A stretch of 64,000 nt of DNA. Origin: Escherichia coli (GTDB taxonomy: Bacteria > Pseudomonadota > Gammaproteobacteria > Enterobacterales > Enterobacteriaceae). The DNA lies in NCBI RefSeq assembly GCF_022846255.1, contig NZ_AP025682.1. One strand, 5' to 3'. Numbering within the stretch: the first letter of the stretch is position 1; every line of letters starts with the position of its first letter. Of the stretch, positions 22,294 to 32,823 are shown one piece after another. The translations under genes and the position numbers were made by a program. The notes under the pieces were generated by a model. The model searched no databases and was not told the DNA's origin. It worked only from the letters and a program-made list of their open reading frames with translations.

Positions 22294-22767
22294 TTATTGC
22301 CGCCACGGCATGACAGGAACCGCGCTAATCGCGTTTTTCGGCGAACCTTCTACAACTTTGTCGGAGTAAGCCAGATAAGCGAGCGCGTTGCGTTTAGCGT
22401 CATAAAAGCGCACGACCTGTAACGACTTAAAGACCAGGGACGTGCGTTTTTTGAATACTACCTCGCCCTGAGCTTTGCCGTTTTTAATACGATCCGACAG
22501 TTCAATCGGCCCGACTTGTTGACAAGAAATGGCCGCATCGGAGGTATCTTCTGCCAGGCCCAATCCCCCTTTAATACCACCGGTTTTCGCCCGGCTCACA
22601 TAACAGGTGACATTTTTCACATCGGGATCGTCAAAGGCTTCAACAACAATTTTGTGATCCGGGCCGATCATTTTAAATACGGTGTCGACCGAACCAATCT
22701 CTTCTGCATGAGCCAATGGCCCCAGCATTATCAGGCTTAAAGACAGGATTAAATGCTTGTATTTCAT
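22294..22767 (-). CDS. creA: Periplasmic protein CreA
   Basis: 157 aa with signal peptide; first gene of creABCD. Confidence 0.9.
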
Positions 22768-22977
22768 ATCGTTACCATTTTTATCTATTACACGAGCAAT
22801 TAGTTCGTCACGGTAAATAACATATTGATTAAGAACAAAATCTCAATACTTTTATTTCCGTCAAGACCTAAAACATACTCGACTAAGAAAAAAACACTGA
22901 ATGCTAAAACAGCAAAAAATGCTATTATCCAATTACCTGATGTCAGGTGCTCGTTGTTGAAAGGATGAGGATATTTT

Positions 22978-23847
22978 ATGGATCAGGCCGGCATTATTCG
23001 CGACCTTTTAATCTGGCTGGAAGGTCATCTGGATCATCCCCTGTCGCTCGACAATGTAGCGGCGAAAGCAGGTTATTCCAAGTGGCACTTACAGAGAATG
23101 TTTAAAGATGTCACTGGCCATGCTATTGGCGCGTATATTCGTGCTCGTCGTTTGTCGAAATCGGCGGTCGCACTACGCCTGACTGCGCGTCCGATTCTGG
23201 ACATCGCGCTGCAATACCGCTTCGACTCTCAACAGACATTTACCCGCGCTTTCAAGAAGCAGTTTGCCCAGACTCCTGCACTTTACCGCCGTTCTCCTGA
23301 ATGGAGCGCCTTTGGTATTCGCCCGCCGCTACGTCTGGGTGAATTCACTATGCCAGAGCACAAATTTGTCACTCTGGAAGATACGCCGCTGATTGGTGTT
23401 ACCCAGAGCTACTCCTGTTCGCTGGAGCAAATCTCTGATTTCCGCCATGAAATGCGCTACCAGTTCTGGCACGATTTTCTCGGCAACTCGCCAACCATTC
23501 CACCAGTGCTTTACGGTTTGAACGAAACACGTCCGAGCCAGGATAAAGACGACGAACAAGAGGTGTTCTACACCACCGCGTTAGCTCAGGATCAGGCAGA
23601 TGGCTATGTACTGACTGGGCATCCGGTGATGTTGCAGGGCGGCGAATATGTGATGTTTACCTATGAAGGTCTGGGAACCGGCGTGCAGGAGTTTATCCTG
23701 ACGGTATACGGAACGTGCATGCCAATGCTTAACTTGACGCGCCGTAAAGGTCAGGATATTGAGCGATACTACCCGGCAGAAGATGCCAAAGCGGGAGATC
23801 GCCCAATTAATCTGCGCTGTGAACTGCTGATTCCGATCCGTCGTTAA
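22978..23847 (+). CDS. rob: AraC-family right origin-binding protein Rob
   Basis: 289 aa starting MDQAGIIRDLLIWLEGHLDHPLSLD. Confidence 0.95.
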   Translation: MDQAGIIRDLLIWLEGHLDHPLSLDNVAAKAGYSKWHLQRMFKDVTGHAIGAYIRARRLSKSAVALRLTARPILDIALQYRFDSQQTFTRAFKKQFAQTPALYRRSPEWSAFGIRPPLRLGEFTMPEHKFVTLEDTPLIGVTQSYSCSLEQISDFRHEMRYQFWHDFLGNSPTIPPVLYGLNETRPSQDKDDEQEVFYTTALAQDQADGYVLTGHPVMLQGGEYVMFTYEGLGTGVQEFILTVYGTCMPMLNLTRRKGQDIERYYPAEDAKAGDRPINLRCELLIPIRR

Positions 23848-24491
23848 CGCTGCAGCTCATCTAATGCAGGGGCGTCCAGATGCGAGATGTCCCCTGCGGT
23901 TTCAACCACCCAGCCAGACGCCAGCCACAAGCTTTCCTGATAATCCACGCGCGAAATAGAACAGTTACGCAGACGTAAGCGGCGCTCTGCCCATGCTGGT
24001 AATCCGAGAATCGTACTCACCAGGCATCCCAGTGCAATACCATGGCTCACCAGTAGCGGTCGGCTTCCCTGCGGTAAGTCCCGGCAAGATTCCAGTGCCG
24101 CATTAACGCGATCGCTGAGCTCCTGCATTGACTCACCTTCAGGAATACGCCCGTCAACGGTGCCATTGACCAGTTGCCGACGCCAGTTCTCTTCTTCTTC
24201 GGTGAGTGAATCGATATTTCTTGTTTCCAGTACACCCATATTTAATTCACGCAGGCGAGAATCAAAGATGATGTCACAACCGCAGGCCTGGGCGATGATT
24301 TCCGCCGTGCGCCGGGTGCGTCCTAAATCGCTACTGATGATATGCGTAATGCCAAGCTCTTTGGCACGGGTTGCCACCTGCATCGCCTGTTGCTCACCTT
24401 TGGCGGTCAGCGGGCTGTCAGACTGGCCCTGAATACGTCGCTCGGCGTTCCACTGCGTTTCACCGTGGCGGACTAGGTATACCTGTAACAT
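23844..24491 (-). CDS. gpmB: Probable phosphoglycerate mutase GpmB
   Basis: 215 aa starting MLQVYLVRHGETQWN (histidine phosphatase RHGE motif). Confidence 0.9.
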   Translation of the reverse strand: MLQVYLVRHGETQWNAERRIQGQSDSPLTAKGEQQAMQVATRAKELGITHIISSDLGRTRRTAEIIAQACGCDIIFDSRLRELNMGVLETRNIDSLTEEEENWRRQLVNGTVDGRIPEGESMQELSDRVNAALESCRDLPQGSRPLLVSHGIALGCLVSTILGLPAWAERRLRLRNCSISRVDYQESLWLASGWVVETAGDISHLDAPALDELQR

Positions 24492-24530
24492 GCTTTTTTT
24501 CCGTATACTGCTGTAACGTTAATTTTCTGA

Positions 24531-25070
<540 letters not shown>

Positions 25071-25142
25071 TTAGGCGTTCACGCCGCATCCGGCATTCGG
25101 TGCACGATGCCTGATGCGCCATGTCCTATCAGGCCTACAAAA

Positions 25143-25484
<342 letters not shown>

Positions 25485-25558
25485 TTAGCGGGGGAAGCAA
25501 AATGCCTCCCCCGGTTGTACTCGCTAAAGAGTACGATAGCATATCATAAACGTGTGGA

Positions 25559-27496
25559 TCAGTAACGACGTCCCCATTCCGTGGCGCTCATCAACGTCGG
25601 TTTATCCCCCATGAAATAGCGGTAGTAAGCGTCATAAGCCAGCACGTTTTTCACATAACCGCGCGTCTCGGAGAATGGAATACTCTCGACAAATGCCACT
25701 GCGTCGATACGCCCTGCGCTGTTGCCAAGCCAGGTCCGCACCCGCCCTGGTCCGGCGTTATAAGCTGCTGAGGAGAAAATACGGTTATTGCCAAACTGCT
25801 GATAAACATATTGCAGGTAACTGGTGCCAATGTTGATGTTCGTTTCCGGATCCAGCAATTGCCCAGGGCTGCTATAACCGGGAATAGAGAACATCTTCAC
25901 CGTATGGGTCGCGGTACCAGGCATAATCTGCATCAGGCCGCTGGCCCCTACCGGTGATTTCACTTTTGGATTCCAGGCACTCTCCTGACGGGCAATCGCC
26001 ATCGCATAGCTTTGCGGGATCTCCTTACCACTGGTGTAGCGTTTGAAAAGATCGTTGTAAGCCAGCGGGAATCGCTCTTCCAGATGATCCCACAGCTTCC
26101 CGGCGATCGTTGCCTGAACGCTAAGATCCCACCATTGGTTATTGAAAGCATACCGAGCCAGTTGAGCCTGCTCTGTTTTTGACTTGCTCTTCACCAGATT
26201 GGCCCACTCGCTACGCGCGGTGTTATCGAGATTCCAGTACATCAACTCGCGCACGCGCGCCATCTCCGGCCCCTGAGTCAGGGCGCTGTCAACATTCTGC
26301 GGCGCTTTATCAATCTTCAGCTCATACTCTTCGCCGATGCGTTGTGCAGCAACCATCGGGTAGAAACCACGCTGTTGCATGAGTTGATGCAAAATCTCTT
26401 TTGCTTCAGCTTCACGTCCGCGTTCCAGCAATAAATCCGCCTGCCAGTAACGCCATTCATCTTTCTCTTTCGCTTCCATAGGCAGACGCGCCAGCCAGGT
26501 ATTCAGGCCGCGACGATCGCCGGTGCCAAGCGCCATTCGCACACGGCGTTCAATAAGCGAAGTAGATTGCGAGCGCATAATCGCGTCATCGCGCCATTTC
26601 GCCTGCTCGTCGGTGACATCGTTGCCCATCAAACGCCAGGCGACAATATCGCGCAGCTCCTGAATCTGATCTTCATTAAGCTGCTGTGCCTGAGCAAGCG
26701 ACGGGATCATCAGCCGTGCATTTTCAGCATCCTGCCGCGCCACACTGGCAAACGCCACCGCCGCCATTTGACGGGTAAAATCGGTCGCGCCGGTTGTACG
26801 CGCGAAGGTCAGTACCGTATTAGGGTTGTTCGCCAGTGAAATGATTGCCGAAGCGATAGTCTGGTAATCGGCAGGCATCTGCCCTGCCAGCACTGTTACC
26901 AGGCCGGTGTTACCCGCTTTCATCGCCAGACGGATACGCTCTAAATACGCCAGCGGATCTTGTTTACCTGACGCACGCCAGACGCTAAATAACTTGTCAC
27001 AGGCGTTAGGCTGGCTCTTGCCGGTTAGCCACAGCTCTTTCGCCCCTTGCCAGGCTTCTTCACTCTGCCCGGTGTTCCATTTCGCATAGTAGTAATTACA
27101 TTGCGCTTCGGTAGTTCCGGGCTTTTCCGGGCTAAAGGCTAACAAGCCACGCCAGTCTTCACGCCGCGCCAGTTCATTGACGAAACGAGATTGCAGCGTG
27201 CGAGCGGGAGGAAGCGTGGGGTTAGCGCGAACAAAGTTAGTGACCGTCACCGCCGGTTGATTCATCAGGTCATCAGTGATCTGGCGGTATTCCAGGTAGG
27301 GATAAAGTGGGTAATCTTTCAGTCCAGGCATCATTTGTTCGACCACATCCATTTGTCGATTATCCCAGGCCTGCTTAATTTGCGCGTAACGGCTACGCTG
27401 CTCATCCAGTGAGTCGGCTCGCGCCACGCTGCTGACCGTCAGCAGACAGACACCGGCAGCCAACAGCCGCCAGGTAACGTGTTTGGCTTTTTCCAC
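25559..27496 (-). CDS. slt: Soluble lytic murein transglycosylase Slt70
   Basis: About 645 aa with signal peptide and C-terminal lysozyme-like domain (ESAWNPKVKSPVGASGLMQIMP). Start placed at the probable GTG giving (M)EKAKHVTWRLL. Confidence 0.95.
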   Translation of the reverse strand: MEKAKHVTWRLLAAGVCLLTVSSVARADSLDEQRSRYAQIKQAWDNRQMDVVEQMMPGLKDYPLYPYLEYRQITDDLMNQPAVTVTNFVRANPTLPPARTLQSRFVNELARREDWRGLLAFSPEKPGTTEAQCNYYYAKWNTGQSEEAWQGAKELWLTGKSQPNACDKLFSVWRASGKQDPLAYLERIRLAMKAGNTGLVTVLAGQMPADYQTIASAIISLANNPNTVLTFARTTGATDFTRQMAAVAFASVARQDAENARLMIPSLAQAQQLNEDQIQELRDIVAWRLMGNDVTDEQAKWRDDAIMRSQSTSLIERRVRMALGTGDRRGLNTWLARLPMEAKEKDEWRYWQADLLLERGREAEAKEILHQLMQQRGFYPMVAAQRIGEEYELKIDKAPQNVDSALTQGPEMARVRELMYWNLDNTARSEWANLVKSKSKTEQAQLARYAFNNQWWDLSVQATIAGKLWDHLEERFPLAYNDLFKRYTSGKEIPQSYAMAIARQESAWNPKVKSPVGASGLMQIMPGTATHTVKMFSIPGYSSPGQLLDPETNINIGTSYLQYVYQQFGNNRIFSSAAYNAGPGRVRTWLGNSAGRIDAVAFVESIPFSETRGYVKNVLAYDAYYRYFMGDKPTLMSATEWGRRY

Positions 27497-27706
27497 AAGC
27501 GCATCCTCTAAGTGTAAATACATCAATGCAGCGTCATGCCACGTAATAGATTTATGCTAACCAGTCATTGCCGTTTACGCCACGTTACGGACACTTTTTT
27601 ACTTTTACTGCGAGGGTGATCGACCGGCTGGGATTAGATAAGGAAACAGGCTACACTTCGCCTTTGAAAACTCATCATCACGATAAACATAGAGGCGAAG
27701 TCCAAC

Positions 27707-29374
27707 GTGGCTCAATTCGTTTATACCATGCATCGTGTCGGCAAAGTTGTTCCGCCGAAACGTCATATTTTGAAAAACATCTCTCTGAGTTTCTTCCCTG
27801 GGGCAAAAATTGGTGTCCTGGGTCTGAACGGCGCGGGTAAGTCCACCCTGCTGCGCATTATGGCGGGCATTGATAAAGACATCGAAGGCGAAGCGCGTCC
27901 GCAACCGGATATCAAGATTGGTTATCTGCCGCAGGAACCGCAGCTGAACCCGGAACACACCGTGCGTGAGTCCATTGAAGAAGCGGTTTCTGAAGTGGTT
28001 AACGCCCTGAAACGCCTGGATGAAGTGTATGCGCTGTACGCCGATCCGGATGCCGATTTTGACAAGCTGGCCGCTGAACAAGGCCGTCTGGAAGAGATCA
28101 TTCAGGCTCACGACGGTCACAACCTGAACGTTCAGCTGGAGCGTGCGGCGGATGCGCTGCGTCTGCCGGACTGGGACGCGAAAATCGCTAACCTCTCCGG
28201 TGGTGAGCGTCGTCGCGTGGCGTTGTGCCGCCTGCTGCTGGAAAAACCAGACATGCTGCTGCTCGACGAACCGACCAACCACCTGGATGCCGAATCCGTG
28301 GCCTGGCTGGAACGCTTCCTGCACGACTTCGAAGGCACCGTTGTGGCGATTACCCACGACCGTTACTTCCTTGATAACGTTGCAGGCTGGATCCTCGAAC
28401 TGGACCGCGGTGAAGGTATTCCGTGGGAAGGTAACTACTCCTCCTGGCTGGAGCAGAAAGATCAACGTCTGGCGCAGGAAGCTTCACAAGAAGCTGCGCG
28501 TCGTAAGTCGATTGAGAAAGAGCTGGAGTGGGTACGTCAGGGAACTAAAGGCCGCCAGTCGAAAGGTAAAGCACGTCTGGCGCGTTTTGAAGAGCTGAAC
28601 AGCACCGAATATCAGAAACGTAACGAAACCAACGAACTGTTTATTCCACCTGGACCGCGTCTTGGCGATAAAGTGCTGGAAGTCAGCAACCTGCGTAAAT
28701 CCTATGGTGATCGTCTGCTGATTGACTCCCTGAGCTTCTCGATCCCGAAAGGAGCGATCGTCGGGATCATCGGTCCGAACGGTGCGGGTAAATCGACACT
28801 GTTCCGTATGATCTCTGGTCAGGAACAGCCGGACAGCGGCACCATCACTTTGGGTGAAACGGTGAAACTGGCGTCGGTTGATCAGTTCCGTGACTCAATG
28901 GATAACAGCAAAACCGTTTGGGAAGAAGTTTCCGGCGGGCTGGATATCATGAAGATCGGCAACACCGAGATGCCAAGCCGCGCCTACGTTGGCCGCTTTA
29001 ACTTTAAAGGGGTTGATCAGGGTAAACGCGTTGGCGAACTCTCCGGCGGTGAGCGCGGTCGTCTGCATCTGGCGAAGCTGCTGCAGGTTGGCGGCAACAT
29101 GCTGCTGCTCGACGAACCAACCAACGACCTGGATATCGAAACCCTGCGCGCACTGGAAAACGCCCTGCTGGAGTTCCCGGGCTGCGCGATGGTTATCTCG
29201 CACGACCGTTGGTTCCTCGACCGTATCGCCACCCACATTCTGGATTACCAGGATGAAGGTAAAGTTGAGTTCTTCGAAGGTAACTTTACCGAGTACGAAG
29301 AGTACAAGAAACGCACGCTGGGCGCAGACGCGCTGGAGCCGAAGCGTATCAAGTACAAGCGTATTGCGAAGTAA
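27707..29374 (+). CDS. ettA: ABC-F energy-dependent translational throttle EttA (YjjK)
   Basis: 555 aa with two ABC ATPase cassettes (Walker A GLNGAGKST and GPNGAGKST; LSGGE signatures). Confidence 0.97.
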   Translation: MAQFVYTMHRVGKVVPPKRHILKNISLSFFPGAKIGVLGLNGAGKSTLLRIMAGIDKDIEGEARPQPDIKIGYLPQEPQLNPEHTVRESIEEAVSEVVNALKRLDEVYALYADPDADFDKLAAEQGRLEEIIQAHDGHNLNVQLERAADALRLPDWDAKIANLSGGERRRVALCRLLLEKPDMLLLDEPTNHLDAESVAWLERFLHDFEGTVVAITHDRYFLDNVAGWILELDRGEGIPWEGNYSSWLEQKDQRLAQEASQEAARRKSIEKELEWVRQGTKGRQSKGKARLARFEELNSTEYQKRNETNELFIPPGPRLGDKVLEVSNLRKSYGDRLLIDSLSFSIPKGAIVGIIGPNGAGKSTLFRMISGQEQPDSGTITLGETVKLASVDQFRDSMDNSKTVWEEVSGGLDIMKIGNTEMPSRAYVGRFNFKGVDQGKRVGELSGGERGRLHLAKLLQVGGNMLLLDEPTNDLDIETLRALENALLEFPGCAMVISHDRWFLDRIATHILDYQDEGKVEFFEGNFTEYEEYKKRTLGADALEPKRIKYKRIAK

Positions 29375-29384
29375 TGCGTAAAAT

Positions 29385-29416
29385 GCCGGATGCGGCGCAC
29401 CAGCATCGCATCCGGT
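29385..29416. repeat. REP-like palindromic hairpin downstream of ettA
   Basis: gccggatgcg...cgcatccggt: 9-bp inverted repeat with the GCCGGATGCGGCG signature of REP elements. Probable ettA terminator and left edge of the toxin-antitoxin cassette. Confidence 0.5.
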
Positions 29417-29429
29417 ATTAGTTAAATGA

Positions 29430-29714
29430 TTAATGGGAAGCAAGTTCCCGGAAAAAGGCAGGATTTTCTTTAATTGTGGCAAGTACTTTTGCAGCCAATC
29501 CCGTAGGATTTCTTCGCTTCGATTCCCAGCTTTTAATGGTATCCACACTGGTTCCCAGAGCTTTTGCCATCTCACTTTGAGAAACGTTGAGTTGCTCACG
29601 AATAGCTTTAACATCCGCAATTTCGTAGCGGGTCACCCGTGCAGGTTCTTTTAAACCTTGTTTAATCTCGACAGCCTCTTCCAGAGAGGTTTTCAACTCA
29701 TCAAAAAAACTCAT
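29430..29714 (-). CDS. HigA2-like antitoxin (XRE-family HTH, addiction-module antidote)
   Basis: 94 aa MSFFDELKTSLEEAVEI...LNVSQSEMAKALGTSVDTIKSWESKRRNPTGLAAKVLATIKENPAFF: C-terminal XRE helix-turn-helix; start 1 nt after the toxin stop. Confidence 0.8.
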   Translation of the reverse strand: MSFFDELKTSLEEAVEIKQGLKEPARVTRYEIADVKAIREQLNVSQSEMAKALGTSVDTIKSWESKRRNPTGLAAKVLATIKENPAFFRELASH

Positions 29715-29715
29715 T

Positions 29716-30048
29716 TTATATCTCGCCTTTGAGCAGTTTCGTCAACTTCTTTAGTTGAGCTTTTTCCGTATCTGTCAGACTATCTTTGGCATTTATCGGA
29801 TAGGCCATAATCAAATAAATAATCTCTTCCGTCGCCAGAAAGTAAATTATTCTGACACTGCCACTTTTTCCCTGTGAACCCGCAGCCATTCGGACTTTAC
29901 GCAATCCACCAGTCTGCTGAATGAGATCACCTTTATCGGGAGTTCCGATGAGTTCTTTTTGTAATTCCTTTAATTCATCATCGGTTGCAATCTGCTTGAT
30001 CTGACGCGTAAACATTGGCGTCTCTATAAATATTTTCGCCTTACCCAT
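29716..30048 (-). CDS. HigB2/Gp49-like toxin of the RelE superfamily (type II TA toxin)
   Basis: 110 aa with the motif QTGGLRKVRMAAGSQGKSGSVRIIYF, typical of HigB-2 / addiction-module killer proteins; strong RBS GGAGGGGG; toxin-first gene order. Confidence 0.8.
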   Translation of the reverse strand: MGKAKIFIETPMFTRQIKQIATDDELKELQKELIGTPDKGDLIQQTGGLRKVRMAAGSQGKSGSVRIIYFLATEEIIYLIMAYPINAKDSLTDTEKAQLKKLTKLLKGEI

Positions 30049-30063
30049 TCCCCCTCCCTGTCA

Positions 30064-30100
30064 GGTACATTGTACACCTAAATGGAGTACTAAGTACACT
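30064..30100 (-). promoter_or_regulatory. Putative promoter/operator of the toxin-antitoxin cassette
   Basis: Two near-palindromic GTACnnnGTAC elements (ggtacattgtacacc and agtactaagtacact) 20-50 bp upstream of the toxin start. Confidence 0.4.
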
Positions 30101-30139
30101 TTTAAATCAGTAATCCCACTCAACATCTTATAAAGATGA

Positions 30140-31372
30140 TTATCTTTGCTCCCCCATCATCTCCCGCACCAGCTCCACGCAGCGCAGGAAACGGCTGTCG
30201 TAATCGTCCTCTTCAACCCGCACGAATTCGATATTGTTCTCTTCCAGCATCTCCACCAGCAAGTTCTGGAACTCTTTGCGATCCACCGAACTGCCGAGGC
30301 TGCGTAAACCATCCGCCACCCACGGCGTGTTGTTCTCCAGCAGGATCACCAGATCGAAACGGTATTCATCAATCAACGCCTGCACGAACGGATGCTCACG
30401 CCCTTCGTACTTTTTGCAGAACGCCTGGGTAGTGACAAAATCGGTGTCGATAAACGCCACTTTATTGGCATATTTCACTGCAAAATCAATATATTGCGCG
30501 TGTCCCAGCGCGATTTTATCGTAGTCGGAATACTGCAACGCAATCTCATCACCGCCAAGGTGTGAAAAGACATAATCGCGACCATATTCCCATGCACTGG
30601 TAGTGTTGAAGATATTGGCAAGTTTGTTTACCAGGGTGGATTTACCGCTCGACTCGCCGCCAAGGATCGCCACGGTACGCACAAAGAACGGCTTAACTTC
30701 CGTAGGAATATATTCCCAGTAGCGGAACGGGTTTTCGCGGATCTGCGCACCGCTGATACTCATAAAGGTACGCTTCGGATCGACCAGCACCGTCTCGATC
30801 CCCAGATGTTCCATATACTGCGGCGCATCGGCTTCTTCCGAGGTGTAGATCAGGTCCGGCTGAATGCCTTTTTCGGCCATAAACTTTTTGATGCCGTTGC
30901 TCCACACATCCCAGCCATGTGGATACGGTTCCATGCCCTCTTCGTTAAAAGCATGAATGCGGATATTTTTTTGATACTTAAAGGTCTGCAATAACCAGCG
31001 CAGACGATCCGGCACGGTTGGCTGCTGCGACATGGCGCTGTCTTCGAACAATGCGCGGTCGCGGGTATCGTCAAAACCCATAATGATATGCAGCTCGTCA
31101 ACCTGGCTACAGGCGCGCTGGATAAGGTAGATATGTCCAGTATGCAGCGGGTAAAACTTACCGAATACGACACCGATCGTTTTCTTCTGCCGGGGAAATT
31201 CAAGTCCCAAATAACGGTGCAATGCCTCCAGCTTTTGTGCGCTGGGGCTTTTAATTTTGGCATTCAGTAACTGGCTTAAATACCCTTTGGTCATACCGCT
31301 GGCATCAGCTACCTGCTGTAGCGTGCAGCCCTGTTGCTTGATGGCAGTTTTCAGGTAATCAAATGACGACAT
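30140..31372 (-). CDS. nadR: Trifunctional NAD biosynthesis/regulator protein NadR
   Basis: 410 aa starting MSSFDYLKTAIKQQGCTLQQVA (HTH, NMN adenylyltransferase and ribosylnicotinamide kinase regions). Confidence 0.95.
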   Translation of the reverse strand: MSSFDYLKTAIKQQGCTLQQVADASGMTKGYLSQLLNAKIKSPSAQKLEALHRYLGLEFPRQKKTIGVVFGKFYPLHTGHIYLIQRACSQVDELHIIMGFDDTRDRALFEDSAMSQQPTVPDRLRWLLQTFKYQKNIRIHAFNEEGMEPYPHGWDVWSNGIKKFMAEKGIQPDLIYTSEEADAPQYMEHLGIETVLVDPKRTFMSISGAQIRENPFRYWEYIPTEVKPFFVRTVAILGGESSGKSTLVNKLANIFNTTSAWEYGRDYVFSHLGGDEIALQYSDYDKIALGHAQYIDFAVKYANKVAFIDTDFVTTQAFCKKYEGREHPFVQALIDEYRFDLVILLENNTPWVADGLRSLGSSVDRKEFQNLLVEMLEENNIEFVRVEEDDYDSRFLRCVELVREMMGEQR

Positions 31373-31392
31373 ATCTCCCTCCGTATCTCTCA

Positions 31393-32775
31393 TTATAAGT
31401 CGTCGAACACGCTAAGCGCGTCGGAGAGTTTTTTAACGCCAAAAATCTGCATCCCTTCCGGCGCTTTTTTCGGCACGTTAGCTGCCGGAACAATTGCCCG
31501 GCGAAAACCGTGTTTCGCCGCTTCTGAGATTCGTTCCTGGCCGCTAGGCACCGGGCGGATCTCCCCTGCCAGCCCGACTTCACCAAACACCACCAGATCC
31601 TGCGGTAGCGGTCTGTCACGCAGGCTGGAAACCATCGCCAGCAGTAACGCTAAATCGGCACTGGTTTCCGTCACCTTCACGCCACCGACCACGTTAACAA
31701 ACACATCCTGATCGGCCATTTGTAGACCACCGTGACGGTGAAGCACCGCCAGCAGGATTGCCAGACGGTTTTGCTCCAGCCCGACTGCCACGCGGCGTGG
31801 ATTCGCCATCATCGAGTGATCGACGAGCGCCTGAATCTCCACCAGCAGCGGACGCGTTCCTTCCCACACTACCATCACTGAGCTACCGGAGGTCACTTCA
31901 TCGCCGCGACTTAAGAAAATTGCCGAAGGGTTGCTGACTTCACGCAGCCCCTGCTCGGTCATTGCGAAGACACCCAGCTCATTCACCGCGCCGAAGCGGT
32001 TTTTATGGCTGCGTAAGGTGCGAAAACGTGAGTCGGCATCACCATCCAAAAGCACCGAACAGTCGATACAGTGTTCCAGCACTTTAGGGCCAGCCAGCGA
32101 GCCATCTTTGGTTACGTGCCCGACCATGACAATCGCCACACCGCGCGTTTTGGCGAAGCGCGTCAGATAAGCCGCCGTTTCACGCACCTGTGCCACGCTG
32201 CCAGGCGATGATTGTACATCCGCCATATGCATCACCTGGATGGAGTCAATTACCATCAGCTTCGGTTGCTCTTCTTCGGCAATCAGGCAGATCTGCTCGA
32301 TGCTGGTTTCCGACAGCATATTAAGATTGTCAGTCGGCAGGCCAAGGCGATGAGCGCGCATTGCCACCTGTTGCAGCGACTCTTCGCCGGTGACATACAG
32401 CGTTTTCATCTGCTGCGCCAGTTTGCACAGCGTTTGCAGCAACAGCGTGGATTTCCCCGCACCAGGGTTACCGCCAATCAGAATGGCGCTTCCCGGCACC
32501 ACGCCGCCGCCTAATACGCGGTCGAACTCTTTAAATCCGGTGGAAAAACGCGGCAGCTCTTCAAGGCTGATGTCGGAAAGTTTCTGGACTTTTGCCACTC
32601 CGGCGCTACCGGCATAGCCACTGAGACGCTCGTTACGCGCCACCGTTGGCGACGCTGCAAGACGCACCTCGGTGATGGTGTTCCAGGCATGACAGGCACT
32701 GCACTGCCCCTGCCAGCGCGGATAATCGGCCCCGCATTCATTACAAACAAAGGCGCGTTTTGGAGCTTTTGCCAC
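31393..32775 (-). CDS. radA: DNA repair protein RadA (Sms)
   Basis: 460 aa with N-terminal C4 zinc finger, Walker A GGNPGAGKST and Lon-like C-terminus; probable GTG start. Confidence 0.95.
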   Translation of the reverse strand: MAKAPKRAFVCNECGADYPRWQGQCSACHAWNTITEVRLAASPTVARNERLSGYAGSAGVAKVQKLSDISLEELPRFSTGFKEFDRVLGGGVVPGSAILIGGNPGAGKSTLLLQTLCKLAQQMKTLYVTGEESLQQVAMRAHRLGLPTDNLNMLSETSIEQICLIAEEEQPKLMVIDSIQVMHMADVQSSPGSVAQVRETAAYLTRFAKTRGVAIVMVGHVTKDGSLAGPKVLEHCIDCSVLLDGDADSRFRTLRSHKNRFGAVNELGVFAMTEQGLREVSNPSAIFLSRGDEVTSGSSVMVVWEGTRPLLVEIQALVDHSMMANPRRVAVGLEQNRLAILLAVLHRHGGLQMADQDVFVNVVGGVKVTETSADLALLLAMVSSLRDRPLPQDLVVFGEVGLAGEIRPVPSGQERISEAAKHGFRRAIVPAANVPKKAPEGMQIFGVKKLSDALSVFDDL

Positions 32776-32823
32776 GATGTACCTCGTTAATGCTGTGCCG
32801 CCCGCAGGATGACGGGCGGACAA

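Noticed and set aside
29017-29238. Overlapping same-region ORFs inside ettA and slt, such as 28143-28598 plus and 27605-28465 minus
   Set aside because: Alternative-frame or antisense ORFs within strongly supported ABC-F and Slt coding sequences; the Arg/Ser/Cys-rich composition is typical of out-of-frame translation of GC-rich genes.
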